Shown one piece after another: positions 21,795 to 33,399 of a stretch of DNA of 64,000 nt. Made by a program: the position numbers and the translations under genes. Positions within the stretch are counted from its first letter, which is position 1. Each line of letters starts with the position of its first letter. The notes beneath the pieces were generated by a model. That model saw nothing but the letters and a program-made list of their open reading frames with translations, was not told where the DNA came from and searched no databases. Source of the stretch: Dehalococcoidia bacterium (GTDB lineage: Bacteria > Chloroflexota > Dehalococcoidia > SM23-28-2 > RBG-16-64-32); the NCBI GenBank assembly GCA_963665775.2, contig CAXXTF010000002.1:128001-192000 (forward strand), read 5' to 3'.

Positions 21795-22841
21795 ATGTAT
21801 AAGACGCTCATTCTGTTTGCGGTTTTGACCGCTGCCATCTTTATCATGACTGCCTGCTCTACGGGGACTATGAGCAGCCGACTAGACACCGTAAAAGAAC
21901 GCGGCACCCTCATCTGTGCCAGCTCCAACAGTCTTCCCGGCTTCGGTTTCATTGATGAGTCTGGTAACACCAGGGGATTTGACATTGACCTCTGCCGGGC
22001 GGTAGCCGCCGCTGTCCTGGGCAACGCCGACGCGGTGGAGTTCCGCCCTACTACCGCTGCTGAACGGGGTCCGGCGATGCAGTCCGGCGAAGTGGATATG
22101 ATGTCCCGCAACACCACCTGGACCACTTCCCGCGATGGCCAGTGGGGCAACTTTGCCCAGACCATGTTCTACGACGGCCAAGGCTTCATGGTGCCGAAGA
22201 GCCTGGGGCTTTCCACGCTGACTGACCTGAGAGATGCCAAGATATGCGTGCTGCAGGGAACTACCACCGAGCTTAACCTGCAGGACTTCAGCAACCAGAA
22301 CAACATGAACTTCGGCATTGTTACCTTCCCAGATGACATTTCCACCAGGGAAGCGTACCTGAGTGGGCAGTGCAACTCTCTCACCACCGACCACTCCGCG
22401 TTGGTCAGCGCCCTGGCTGGTTTCACCAACCCGGACGAACATATTATCCTGCCCGGCACTATTTCCGAAGAGCCGCTGGGGCCGGTGGTTCCCCACGGTG
22501 ATGAGCAGTGGTACGATATAGTGAAGACCGTAATGGCCATTCTCATCTACGCCGAGGCCTATGGCATTACCTCTGACAGCGTTCCCACCACTGCCACCGG
22601 TGCCTCTGCTGTTGACCGGATGCTTGGATTCACAGGTTCTTATGGCCAGGAGACTATGGGGCTTAGTGATACCGTGGCCCAGGATGTAATCAAGGAAGTC
22701 GGTAACTACGGCGAAATTTACGACCGCCACCTGACCCCTCTGGGACTGGATCGGGAAGGCAGCCGCAACGCCCTATGGAGCACCGCCCCTTGCACAGACT
22801 GCTTTAAGGGTGGGCAGATTTACGCAGCGCCTTTGCGCTAA
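21795..22841 (+). CDS. aapJ: General L-amino acid ABC transporter substrate-binding protein
   Basis: GFDIDLCRAVAAAVLG, SRNTTWTTSRD, FYDGQGFMV, VGNYGEIYDR, YAAPLR. Confidence 0.9.
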   Translation: MYKTLILFAVLTAAIFIMTACSTGTMSSRLDTVKERGTLICASSNSLPGFGFIDESGNTRGFDIDLCRAVAAAVLGNADAVEFRPTTAAERGPAMQSGEVDMMSRNTTWTTSRDGQWGNFAQTMFYDGQGFMVPKSLGLSTLTDLRDAKICVLQGTTTELNLQDFSNQNNMNFGIVTFPDDISTREAYLSGQCNSLTTDHSALVSALAGFTNPDEHIILPGTISEEPLGPVVPHGDEQWYDIVKTVMAILIYAEAYGITSDSVPTTATGASAVDRMLGFTGSYGQETMGLSDTVAQDVIKEVGNYGEIYDRHLTPLGLDREGSRNALWSTAPCTDCFKGGQIYAAPLR

Positions 22842-23029
22842 CGACTCAACGGCTTGTGAACTACTAAAGTGATATTTAGTGATATTGGAAGGGATAGCGG
22901 ATGGGACGGATGGCTCAGGCTGTCTGTCCCTTTGCACCCGGGAGAGGACTAAAGGACGGATTTAAGAGCGTAAAAGGTCGTTGGCGGGCTGTAATCTGGC
23001 CTTCGTAGTGGGGGAGAGCCCTAGTCTCG

Positions 23030-24235
23030 ATGGCGACAGTACTGCGAATCCTAACTTATCAGGGTATACCCGTCTGGCGGCACGTCCTGATTATTCAGTG
23101 GACGGCTCAGATTGTTTCCGGCGTCGTGGTGGTGGCGTTGGTGGTCTGGTTTTTTGCCAACATCAGCAACGCTATTCAGGAACGGGGCATCCCCTACGGA
23201 TTCAGTTTCCTCTCCCGGGAGTATCAAACCCCCATCGGCGATCACTTCATCCCCTACGAGTCCTCCGACACCTTCCTGTACGCCCTCGGCGTTGCGTCTA
23301 CCAATACTCTGCTGGTCGCCGTCATCGGCACTATCCTGGCCACGATGCTGGGCGTTTCCATCGGCCTCGCCCGGCTGTCCGGCAACTGGATTGTAGTCAA
23401 GCTGGCGACAGTTTACGTCGAGTTCTTTCGGAATGTGCCGCTGCTGGTGCAATTGCTTTTCTGGTTCTTCCTCATATTAGCGTTGCCTCCGGTGAGCGAA
23501 GGCTATGTCATCGGTGACCTTCTCTACGTCAATAACGGTGGCATATCGCTGCCCTGGCTCTACGCCGCCAGCGTTAACCTTGCCCTGACCTGGCTTGCGT
23601 TGGCCGTTGTTGCCGTCATCGTCGGCGTTGTGCTGAATAAATGGCTGGCCCACCGCGAAGCTATGACCGGCCGTCCGTCCTATCCTCTGTTGTCGGGCTG
23701 CGCTGCCGTCGCTGTCATCGGCGCCTTGGCCTGGCTGGTCTTGAGCTTCACCACCGGCGAGTCGCCCCTCTCCTTATCAACGCCGGAGCCCCAGGGCCGC
23801 TTCGGACGCATCGTCGGCGGTTTTACCGTGCGGGCCGGATTGCTAGTGCTGCTAATTGGCCTGGTAATGTACACCGCCGGCTTCATCGCCGAAATCGTGC
23901 GTGCCGGCATCCAGTCGGTGGGACGAGGGCAAATCGAGGCAGCCCGCGCTCTTGGCCTTTCGCCGATGAATGTCCTGCGCAACGTGACCTTTCCTCAGGC
24001 TCTGCGCGTCATCATCCCGCCGCTGATTAGTCAGTTCCTGAACCTGACAAAGAACAGCAGCCTGGGCGGAGCCGTCGGCTATACCGACCTGACCAGTGTG
24101 GCCCTGACCATGACCCAGACTGCCCCAGCGGTCTCCATTTTCATCATAGTTATGCTGGCCTACCTGGCAATGAGCCTGACTTGGTCGCTAATCGGCAACT
24201 TGTATAACCGGCACATCCGGTTCGGTGGAGGATAA
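23030..24235 (+). CDS. aapQ: Amino acid ABC permease
   Basis: YVEFFRNVPLLVQL, AEIVRAGIQSV, NLTKNSSL. Confidence 0.9.
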   Translation: MATVLRILTYQGIPVWRHVLIIQWTAQIVSGVVVVALVVWFFANISNAIQERGIPYGFSFLSREYQTPIGDHFIPYESSDTFLYALGVASTNTLLVAVIGTILATMLGVSIGLARLSGNWIVVKLATVYVEFFRNVPLLVQLLFWFFLILALPPVSEGYVIGDLLYVNNGGISLPWLYAASVNLALTWLALAVVAVIVGVVLNKWLAHREAMTGRPSYPLLSGCAAVAVIGALAWLVLSFTTGESPLSLSTPEPQGRFGRIVGGFTVRAGLLVLLIGLVMYTAGFIAEIVRAGIQSVGRGQIEAARALGLSPMNVLRNVTFPQALRVIIPPLISQFLNLTKNSSLGGAVGYTDLTSVALTMTQTAPAVSIFIIVMLAYLAMSLTWSLIGNLYNRHIRFGGG

Positions 24236-24238
24236 GCT

Positions 24239-25501
24239 ATGGCCTCTCCTACCGCATCGGCCCCGGAAACCATGCTGCCGCCGCGCTCCGAAGTTGGCGT
24301 TATCGGTTGGATGTACGCCAACCTGTTCAACACCTGGTATAACGGCGTCCTCACGGTCATCTCCATCGTCGCCCTGCTCCTGGCCCTGGGATTCGGACTG
24401 AAGTGGATACTCACCAGCGCCGATTGGACGGTGGTAGTCAGGCTGGATGGACGCCTCATAATCGGCTTGTACAATACAGAAGCCGCCTGCCCGGGTCAAA
24501 ACTGTTTCTGGCGGCCCCAGGTAGCTCTCCTGATGGTAACCGCTCTGCTAGGCATGGCCTGGGGACTGAGCGGAAGCCGAGTGACCCGGAACGTTGCCGT
24601 CCTGTCTGCCGGGGTTATGGCGGCCTTTGCCTTTCTGCCTTATCGCCTGGAAACTATGGGGCTGGATGTGCGCCTACTGCTGCTGGCTAACCTGCCGGTC
24701 CTGGCGGGGGGCTGGGCCTTGGCCCGCACACCCCTAGGCACGCGAGTCCGGATTTCCGGCGTGGGGATAGTGATAGGTGTGCTGACCGTGATAGGTGTGC
24801 TGACCCTGGTATTGCTGCGGGGCTTACCGGGGGTGCCCGGTCTGCAGCCCGTTCCCGTCATTTACTGGGGCGGCCTGATGCTGAATCTGCTGCTGGCGGT
24901 GGCTGGTATAACCCTCAGCCTGCCCATCGGCATCGCCCTGGCTCTGGGACGCCGCAGTCACCTGCCAGTAGTAAAGGTGCTGTGCGTGATGTTCATTGAA
25001 GTGTTCCGCGGGGTGCCGTTGATTACCTTGCTGTTCATGTCCCAGGTGTTGGTCCCCCTGGCCTTCCCGGAAGACTTTCCTCAGAATTCGCTGTTTCGCG
25101 CCGCCGTAATGATTACTCTGTTCAGCGCGGCATACATGGCCGAAAATATACGGGGCGGATTGCAAGCCCTGCACCCCGGCCAAGCGGAGGCCGCCCGAGC
25201 CTTGGGTTTGCCCGGCTGGGAAACCACCCTGCTTATCTCCCTGCCCCAGGCCATCCGCAACGTTATCCCCGCCATTGTGGGGCAATTTATCGGCTTGTTC
25301 AAGGACACCAGCCTGGTTTACATCATCGGCATGCTAGACATCGTGGAAATCGGCCGGGTGTTTGTCCAGGGCAACGCGGAATACCGGGGCAGCGCCCGGG
25401 AGGTTTTCGTCTTCCTGGCCCTGGTCTTCTGGGTTTTCAGCTACGGAATGTCCTACATCGGCGGCAAGGTTGAAGAACACCTGGGCGTAGGCCACCGGTA
25501 G
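24239..25501 (+). CDS. aapM: Amino acid ABC permease
   Basis: WGGLMLNL, IEVFRGVPLI, AENIRGGLQA, LFKDTSL. Confidence 0.9.
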   Translation: MASPTASAPETMLPPRSEVGVIGWMYANLFNTWYNGVLTVISIVALLLALGFGLKWILTSADWTVVVRLDGRLIIGLYNTEAACPGQNCFWRPQVALLMVTALLGMAWGLSGSRVTRNVAVLSAGVMAAFAFLPYRLETMGLDVRLLLLANLPVLAGGWALARTPLGTRVRISGVGIVIGVLTVIGVLTLVLLRGLPGVPGLQPVPVIYWGGLMLNLLLAVAGITLSLPIGIALALGRRSHLPVVKVLCVMFIEVFRGVPLITLLFMSQVLVPLAFPEDFPQNSLFRAAVMITLFSAAYMAENIRGGLQALHPGQAEAARALGLPGWETTLLISLPQAIRNVIPAIVGQFIGLFKDTSLVYIIGMLDIVEIGRVFVQGNAEYRGSAREVFVFLALVFWVFSYGMSYIGGKVEEHLGVGHR

Positions 25502-25577
25502 GGCTTGGAGCGTTAGCATCACAGCAGTTATGGCACAAACTGCCGGTTGAATTAACCGGCGGAACTAAGGAGAAATA

Positions 25578-26360
25578 GTGGGAGGTCCTCTTATGACGAT
25601 CAACCAGCAAGCGGCGGCCACGGAAATTGAGGACATTATTGTATGCAGGGACGTGCATAAGTGGTTCGGCAATTTTCATGCCCTCCGCGGCATCTCAACC
25701 ACGGTTAAAAGGGGTGAGATGGTGGTAATTCTGGGGCCGTCCGGTTCGGGTAAGTCGACCTTCATCCGTACCATCAACCGGCTGGAGCAGCACCAGCGCG
25801 GTGAAATCACCGTGGACGGCATCAAGCTGAGCGGTGACGTGCGCAACATCGACGCCATCCGCCGGGAAGTGGGGATGGTATTTCAGTCCTTCAACCTGTT
25901 CCCGCATCTGACGGTAATGCAGAATATCACCCTGGCGCCCACCAAGGTGAGGAAATGGTCTCGCGCCCAGGCTGAAGAAGTAGCGAATGAACTACTGAAA
26001 CGGGTGGGTATCCCCGAGCAGGCTGACAAGTATCCCGCCGAGCTTTCCGGCGGTCAGCAACAGCGGGTAGCCATCGCCCGCGCCCTGGCCATGCAGCCCA
26101 AGGTGATGCTATTTGACGAGCCTACATCCGCCCTGGACCCGGAGATGATTAAGGAAGTACTGGACGTGATGCGGGAACTGGCCGATTCTGGCATGACCAT
26201 GCTGACCGTCACCCACGAAATCGGGTTCGCCCGCGAAGTTGCCGACCGCATAATAATGTTCGACGAGGGAATGATTATCGAAGAGGGCACTCCCGACGAT
26301 TTCTTCAGCCACCCTCAGCACGAAAGGGCCCAAATGTTCCTCTCCCAAATCCTGTCCTGA
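25578..26360 (+). CDS. aapP: Amino acid ABC ATPase
   Basis: [28 protein letters not shown]. Confidence 0.92.
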   Translation: MGGPLMTINQQAAATEIEDIIVCRDVHKWFGNFHALRGISTTVKRGEMVVILGPSGSGKSTFIRTINRLEQHQRGEITVDGIKLSGDVRNIDAIRREVGMVFQSFNLFPHLTVMQNITLAPTKVRKWSRAQAEEVANELLKRVGIPEQADKYPAELSGGQQQRVAIARALAMQPKVMLFDEPTSALDPEMIKEVLDVMRELADSGMTMLTVTHEIGFAREVADRIIMFDEGMIIEEGTPDDFFSHPQHERAQMFLSQILS

Positions 26361-26572
26361 TTCACTTGTCTGGCATCGACCGAACCATTTATTCAGAGCG
26401 TTCTGGCCGCTTGGAGTGCCGTCGCTGCGCTTTGGTACGAGACTTGCCGATCTCACGCGTCTGGGAAGAAATAGCCAATGGAGGTGGAGGTCCATGAACA
26501 ATGGAGCAAAAACAAGTCAGTCGAAGCCAGGTAGAAGCGGGAGAGTATTCCCCATAGTAGAGCGTGAGGTTA

Positions 26573-27845
26573 TGACCTTGCCCCCGAAAACGAGTCCAGG
26601 CCCAATGTTAGTAATCAGGGGTTCTGGACCAGAGAAAGGGGGCAGAAGGATTGGGCAGGCAGCATCACACGGCAGAGGAGATCATCAACAAGTTGAGGGA
26701 GGCGGAGGTCGGGCTGGCTAAGGGCCTGGCTGTGCCCGAGGTCTGCAGGAAGCTGGGCGTGGCAGAGCAGACCTACTACCGCTGGCGGAAGGAGTAGGGC
26801 GGCCTGAGGAGGGAGCAGGCCAAGCGGCTGCGGGAGCTGGAGCAGGAGAACCTGCGGCTGAAGAAGCTGGTAGCCGATCTCTCCCTGGACAACGCCATCC
26901 TGAAGGAGGCGGCGCAGGGAAACTTCTGAGCCCGGCCAAGAGACGACAGGCGGTGGCCTGGGTGCGGAATGCGTTGGGCCACGCGGTCATCTCGGAGCGC
27001 CGGGCCTGCCAGGCCCTGGGGCAGGAGCGATCGACGCAGCGGCGGTGGGGTTCTCCTCCCGACGATGAAGGGAGGCTGCTGAGGCGGATGGTGGAGCTAG
27101 CGACCGAGTACGGGCGCTACGGTTACCGACGGGTGACCGCCCTGCTGCGAGAGGAGGGTTTTCGGGTGAACCACAAGCGGGTAGAGCGGCTCTGGCGGCG
27201 GGAAGGGCTGAAGGTGCGGGCGAAGCAGCCGAAGCGGAGGCGGCTCTGGTTGACAGACGGCTCCTGCGTTAGGCTCAGGCCGACTGAGCCTAACCACGTC
27301 TGGAGCTACGACTTCGTGTTTACCAGCACCAGCGACGGCCGTCCCCTGCGGCTCTTGACGGTGCTGGACGAGTTCACATGGGAGTGCCTGGCTATCCAGG
27401 TGGCGAGGCAGATCACCAGTGATGACGTGCTGGCTCGCCTGGCCCAGCTCTTCGTCGAGCGCGGGACGCCTCGCTACCTGCGCTCGGACAACGGGCCAGA
27501 GTTCACGGCACGTGCGCTCCGGACCTGGCTAGAGCGGGTAGGCGTGCAGACTCTGTATATCGAGCCCGGGAGCCCCTGGGAGAACGGCTACATCGAGTCG
27601 TTCAATGGGAAGCTACGTGATGAACTATTGAATGGGGAGGTGTTCGACACGGTGCTGGAAGCACAGGTCCTCTGCGAGCGGTGGCGACGGAACTACAACG
27701 AGGTGCGCCCGCATAGCGCTCTCGGCTACCGGCCGCCAGCACCGCAAGCGATCGTGCCATGGCCGGGCTCCACCGCGCCATCCCTGGAGACTACGGCGAT
27801 GGCCACACTAACATAGCCTGTGGTAGCGTTTAGGGGGGCAGGTCA
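26573..27845 (+). mobile_element. IS3-family element, 1273 bp (orfA 26651-26929 with internal TAG; orfB to 27816)
   Basis: TG...CA IRs; G_GGA_AAC -1 slippery site at 26917-26923; DDE motifs [20 protein letters not shown]. Confidence 0.95.
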
Positions 27846-28266
27846 GGCTGATCATCGGAATCTTGGTCCTCTCAGCCACTCCGGCCGCTGGGATCGCGTT
27901 CCGGCTTGCTTGAGGCCCGACAATGGCGATAACATTCTGCTGGTTGATCAACCTCAGGGCTGCGCTAGCGGCCACCTCGGCCTTATCCTGGTTATCTTCG
28001 ATTACGAGGACGACCCTGTAGGTCTCACCGCCTACCTCTAAGCCACCCGCATCAGCGATCTCCTGTACCGCCAAGTTAGCCGCATCAACGGTTTCTTGTC
28101 CCACCTCAGAAAGGCTGCCCGTAATAGGGGCTATTAGACCAATCCGAAACTCTTTTGGCGCTTGTTCGCTGCCGCAGGCAACCCCGATAGCGACGAAGGT
28201 AACCGTCAACACTACTGACAATAAGATCGGGAGGGAAGTATGACGGCGAGGCGCGAGGCAATCCAT
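27846..28266 (-). pseudogene. LivJ-like binding lipoprotein truncated by IS3
   Basis: VACG lipobox, IGLIAPITG; cut at the IS end. Confidence 0.85.
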
Positions 28267-29758
28267 ATCGCCCCCAAGGTGGATAAAAAAGGCCGATTAT
28301 GTTCGCCGTTCGATTATTACGCTAGATAGGGAACCCCGTTTCCTCTCTCCTGACACGTATGCGATACCTCCCTCGGCATCGAAATCTATCGCGTAACGAG
28401 GGTTTTTCTGCCTGTAAGGATATATGTATGCATTTTCCCCTTGCCCTTCACATCGATAACCCCCCGGTCCTCGAACGCATACTTACTCCTCAACCGTTCG
28501 TATGTCGCTTCCGTGACCTGAATGGAGCCCACAATACCGTGAGATTCCATGCGGGACGCTGTATTTACTGAGTCGCCCCAAACATCGTAAAGGAACTTCG
28601 TCGTTCCAACAACTCCTGCTACTACTGGTCCGCTGTTTATACCTATCCGCATACGAAGCTCTTGGCCGGTCTTTTCATTTAACGCGGCAATCTCCTCCTG
28701 AATGTCCAGGGCCATTTCGGCAATAGCTTCGGCGTGATCCGGCCGTGGGGTGGGCAGTCCTGAGACAAGCATATAGGCGTCTCCAATTGTCTTGATCTTT
28801 TCCATACCATGGCGGTCCGCTAGAGCGTCAAGCGCCGAAAATATTTGGTTCAGCATTTTTACAACTTCTATGGGGGCTAGACGAGCCGACAAGCTGGTAA
28901 AGCCAGCGATGTCGGCAAAGAGAATGCTCACTTCTGCGAAGCTATCGGCAATTTGGTCTTCGCCCTGCTTCAGCCGATCTGCAATGGGGCGCGGCAGGAC
29001 GTTGAGGAGTAAGCTCTCGGACCTTTCCTGTTCAGCGGCCAGGTCCTCCAACGTCGTTCTCAGCCTATTGGTCATATGATTAAAGTTTTTCGCTAGCATG
29101 CCCGTTTCGTCCTCGGTTAGGACTGGCGCCGTCTGAGTCAGGTCGCCGGCGGCTATTCTGATCGCAGTGTCGCTGACTGCGAGAATCGGTCGCGTGATCC
29201 GGCCGGCGATTATATAAACGCCGACCGCGAGGAGTCCGACCGCTATCACCCCGACAGCAGCTAAGGTTCATCCCAGCCGCCGAGCTGGCGCCAGGGCCTC
29301 AGATTCGTGAATCTCGGTGACCAAAGCCAACTCCCTATCGGGAATCCAGCGGTAAAATCCAATGACTGACACTTTTTTGTAGTTCTCATAGATTCCAGAC
29401 CCACGGTCTCCCCTGACAGCGGAATCGATACCCTCGCTGTGCACCCCTCGGGGATACTCTGGCGTACCAAAGCTTTCTCCTGATACCAGCACGTTGTAGG
29501 CGTCTACCAGGTATGACTCACCAGTGTTACCCAACCCAGTACGCTCGTTTAGAATCCTATCCAGCGTGGCGAGGCTAACGTGGGCCGCCACTACCCCTAG
29601 CTGTCGACCAGCATTGCTTATCAGCGGTACGGCCACTGTCAGCGTAGGAGCGAAGTTTACTGGCGACGGATAGACGTTCTGAATTACAGGCTCCACTCGA
29701 CCCTGAGTGAAGTAACGATCGGTAACACGATACTCACCTTCGTGGGCCTTGTTGTTAG

Positions 29759-31462
29759 CCCGAATCCACCGAAGGACGGCCTTGGGGACAGTCCTTGAAG
29801 AAGCCATCGGGTGCTCCTCTGAATCTGGGATAATGGTTTTGGAACAGAAACCAGCCCGGAAATAAGGAGCACCCAATAGATGCTGCCACAGAACAAACCC
29901 GACCGTATCCGCATCCTCTTTGACGACCATCGCCTGGTGGCCAATGCCGGCCTGCTCCTGCCAGCCACCCTAGCCCGGCACCTGGGCCTGCGGGAACTCG
30001 TCGACCATCACCTTGACCTCGGCGGAGCGCTGGGACGGGCGAACACTGGGGACAAGATGCTGACGCTGGTCGCTTCCGCGCTGGCAGGCGGCGACTGCAT
30101 CGACGACGCCGATGCGCTGCGCGCTGGTGGGACGGTCGGTGTTCTAGGCTGCGTGGTCAAGGCGCCATCCACCCTGGGGACCTTCCTGCGCAGCTTCCGG
30201 TGGGGGCATGTCCGTCAACTCGACCGCGTGAGCCGCCAGTTGTTGGCCCGGGCCTGGGCCGCTGGGGCCGGACCCGGCGACTCGCCCCTGACCATCGACC
30301 TGGACTCGACCATCTGCGAGACCTATGGACTGGCCAAGGAGGGAGCGCGCCACCACGGCTATACCGGCGCCCGCGGCTATCACCCGCTGCTGGCCATTGC
30401 CGCCGGCACCGGCGAGGTGCTGATGTCCCGGCTGCGCGAGGGCCGGGCCAACACCGCCCGTGGCGCCGCCCACTTCCTGCGTGAGACGGTGGGGCGGGTG
30501 CGCTACGGCGGGGCCAGGGGACAACTCACGGTGCGGGCCGACAGCGGCTTCTACGCCCACACTGTCGTTGCCGCCTGCCGGGAAATGGATGTCCGCTTCT
30601 CTATCACCATCCGCCAGCGCGCCAGCCTGCGGGACCTGATCGAGGCGATACCAGAGGAGGACTGGACTCCCATTCCCTACTGGATGGACGGCGCCGCCGA
30701 TGTCGCCGAGACGACTTACACCCCGTTCCAGACCAAGCCGGACGCCGCGCCGGTGCGGCTCATTGTCCGGCGGGTGAAGCCGACGCCCGGTTCCCAGCTC
30801 GCCCTCTTCGCCAGATACAGCTATCACGCCTTCATCACCGACCGCGATGGGGAGACGCTGGAACTGGAGGCCGATCATCGCCGCCACGCCGAGGTCGAGA
30901 ACGCCATACGCGACCTCAAGTACGGCGTCGGGCTGAACCACATGCCGTCGGGGCGCTTCGCCGCCAACGGCGCCTGGCTGGCGGTCCAGGTGATGGCGCA
31001 TAACCTGGCCCGCTGGACAGCCCGCATCGGCCTGGGTCAGCAGATCGTGACCACCAAGACCCTCAGGCGGCGGGTCTTCGCTCTCGTGGGACGGATCACC
31101 CGCTCGGCGCGCCGCCTCACTTTGCATCTCCCCCGGCGCTGGCCTTGGGAAACCCAGTTCAGTCGCGCCTTGGCCCGGCTGCAAGCCATTCCATTCCCGG
31201 CCTGACGGCCAGCCTGCAACTGACCCAACGTCCCCGCAATCTCGCGCCACCCCGGTCGCGAGAGTCCCCTGCTGCGTATCCTCTCGCCATCCCGCGCATC
31301 GCAACTCCCGCATAGGGCCTTAGGGGCCCTGTGCGGCGACTGAAGACCGTCCGCCGGCCTCCCATCTACCCCAAGACCCCAGGCCATCTCCCCTGTAGCT
31401 CCCTCACCCACCCCCTTCCGCTGTCCTCACGCCGTCCATCCGTGTCCTTCGGTGGATTCGGG
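29759..31462 (+). mobile_element. IS1380-family element, copy 1 (1704 bp)
   Basis: 18-bp IR CCCGAATCCACCGAAGGA; 5-bp target duplication GTTAG. Confidence 0.95.
29880..31205 (+). CDS. IS1380 transposase
   Basis: TIDLDST, GYHPLL, VRADSGF, RHAEVENAIRDLK. Confidence 0.93.
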   Translation: MLPQNKPDRIRILFDDHRLVANAGLLLPATLARHLGLRELVDHHLDLGGALGRANTGDKMLTLVASALAGGDCIDDADALRAGGTVGVLGCVVKAPSTLGTFLRSFRWGHVRQLDRVSRQLLARAWAAGAGPGDSPLTIDLDSTICETYGLAKEGARHHGYTGARGYHPLLAIAAGTGEVLMSRLREGRANTARGAAHFLRETVGRVRYGGARGQLTVRADSGFYAHTVVAACREMDVRFSITIRQRASLRDLIEAIPEEDWTPIPYWMDGAADVAETTYTPFQTKPDAAPVRLIVRRVKPTPGSQLALFARYSYHAFITDRDGETLELEADHRRHAEVENAIRDLKYGVGLNHMPSGRFAANGAWLAVQVMAHNLARWTARIGLGQQIVTTKTLRRRVFALVGRITRSARRLTLHLPRRWPWETQFSRALARLQAIPFPA

Positions 31463-32148
31463 GTTAGAGAAGAAGATTCTGCCCCCTACATCAGTGAGAA
31501 ACAGAATTTCAGTCAGGTCCGGGGCAACGGCGGCTGCAAACTGGACTAATTGACCCAGGCTCTCGTAGGACCTTTGATAAGTCTCCGTCCCTTCGTCATG
31601 AGTCAACATTTTCTCTGCTGAATCCCGGACCGCTGGTGTGTCAGCGATTCGCATAACGTTTCCCAACTGGTTTTCGACAAACAGGTTTAATTCGACTTCC
31701 TTAAAGTTGCTGGTAACCTCTAGTCGTGCGAAAGCCGTTTCCTCAAGTGTATCTTGGACCCGAAGGAAAGCCACGATTGACAACGAGGCAACAACTGCGA
31801 CGGACAGTAGCAAGAAGGAGGCCACCATTCGGGCCTTCAGATTCTTTTTCAATAAGCCCATTGTGTTCCTCCTAGAGCGGCCAGGCATCTAGTCGGCCGT
31901 GGGTGGTTCTTGTCACTAGACAGGATTCCCTTCGTCGGAAGTGCCAGCGCCACAAGTACGATATGCGAGGGGCGTGCTACCGATCGGCTGAGTTGGCTCG
32001 TCGGCTGGACGGGCCAACTCCATTTTCAGTGGTGCTTGCCGCGCCATCAACATACGTGCGGTACAGCGGCACCAGAGGAGCGCCTCCCCTTCGTGGAAGC
32101 GTTCGTCGGACCCCCCCGGCGCGGAGCGGTCAGCACGCGTCGGCGCCG

Positions 32149-32913
32149 TTAAGCAATTGGGTACGAGCGGCCTTGCTCGGCCAGCGCACAGGGCCCAGAG
32201 TACACACTCCGAGCAGCCTGGAGCAGCGTCTCGTGATCGTAGTGGTGCCATATGTGCGTGAGGAGCAGTCGCTTGACCCCTGCTTGGGCAGCAATCTGCC
32301 CGGCCTCCAGGGCGGTCAGGTGGCCTCTTGGCTCCGACAGCGGGCCGTCTATGGGATCAGCCGCTTCGCAGAGGAAGAGGTCCGCATCACGCGCAAGGGC
32401 CACCAGCGCCTCGCACGGCGCCGTATCCGCAGAATATACTATGACCCGGCCCGCCGCCTCGATGTGCATGGCGTGGCTCGTCACATAGTGCTCCACCTCG
32501 CGGAACGACACCTCGGCATCGCCGATTCGCAGAACAGATTGGGCGTCGTACTCCGCTACTTCGAAGACCTCCTCGGCGAAATGAGAGCCGACGGCCAGCA
32601 AATGAAGCAGGTCGAGCAGCCTCTGACCAGAGCCTCTCGGCACCCACACCGGAAGGCGGTCGGTGCGGACCTGCCGTGGCGAGTACTTCAGTTCATAAGA
32701 GAGCGTGGCCAGATCAAGCCAATGATCGATGTGGAGGTGCGAGATCAGGACGGCACTAAGGTGCGGCAAGGCTGCCTTTAGTTCTGGTGCCGCCACAACG
32801 CCATTCCCGCAGTCGAGTAGTAGGCGGCTCTGTGCCGACTCAACCAGGTAACCCGAGCAGGCACCTCCAGGATTGGGCGTGACTGGTCCGTTGCCGAGGA
32901 CGGTCAAGCGCAT
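32149..32913 (-). CDS. MBL-fold hydrolase (RNase Z/YhfI-like)
   Basis: ACSGYLV, LLDCGNG, SHLHIDH, YSADT, LLLTH. Confidence 0.88.
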   Translation of the reverse strand: MRLTVLGNGPVTPNPGGACSGYLVESAQSRLLLDCGNGVVAAPELKAALPHLSAVLISHLHIDHWLDLATLSYELKYSPRQVRTDRLPVWVPRGSGQRLLDLLHLLAVGSHFAEEVFEVAEYDAQSVLRIGDAEVSFREVEHYVTSHAMHIEAAGRVIVYSADTAPCEALVALARDADLFLCEAADPIDGPLSEPRGHLTALEAGQIAAQAGVKRLLLTHIWHHYDHETLLQAARSVYSGPCALAEQGRSYPIA

Positions 32914-33295
32914 AACACATTTCTCGAGTGCCCCACGAGACGGCCCGAATTAGGCAAAGAGCGGTTGCAACGGAGTGGTTTTGAAGTCTCCGACGAAGTA
33001 GGAGTGAAGGGACTCTCGGATCTCCTCCCGGGGAAAGTCGCCGCGCTCATAGCCATTGAGGTCTCCTATCGTCTCGACATTCGCATCCACCTGACTGGTT
33101 CGTTTCGTCATAGTATATCTGGTTTCACCTCTTGGAGGTGGTCTCCGATCTCATGACGCAAGCCGTCTAGATAAGGATGGAATTTTGCCCTCCCACAGGT
33201 GGCAAGATGTCATCCTTATCCGCCGGGCGGGTCGGCCTGCTCCGCCTCGCTCATAGAGTGGGCCGGCTACGAGGTAACAGCGAATAAGGAGAAGG

Positions 33296-33324
33296 TTGAC
33301 ACGCTATATAGCCCAAAGTAGCAT
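33296..33324 (+). promoter_or_regulatory. Candidate sigma70 promoter
   Basis: TTGACA-17 nt-TAGCAT upstream of the CoA-transferase. Confidence 0.55.
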
Positions 33325-33399
33325 GTCGTTCGTCGGGAGCGGTTTCGATGCGGCGTTATCAGGTTGAAATGGGAAATCGCGGCTTAAGGAGGACAGAAA

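Larger units (their letters stand above)
28386..31861 (-). pseudogene. Membrane adenylate/guanylate cyclase (Cache-HAMP-class III cyclase) interrupted by IS1380 and an in-frame TGA
   Basis: Removing the IS and one duplication copy restores IFFSNNKAHEG; TGA at 29268-29270 in RRLG*TLAAV; FADIAGFT, KIKTIGDAY, YDVWGDSVNTASRMES. Confidence 0.9.

Noticed and set aside
29268-29270. TGA in the cyclase as Sec or a code-4 Trp
   Set aside because: It lies at a TM boundary with no Cys context, in a gene already broken by an IS, and TGA is used as a normal stop elsewhere (5156, 26360, 31205).
30144-31313. Long antisense ORFs over transposases and other genes (also 2394-3821, 13643-14779, 59413-60582)
   Set aside because: Shadow ORFs caused by high GC codon bias.
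28386-32913. Cyclase plus MBL hydrolase as a cyclic-nucleotide defence system
   Set aside because: The cyclase is an ordinary Cache-HAMP sensor type, it is pseudogenised, and no effector gene is present.
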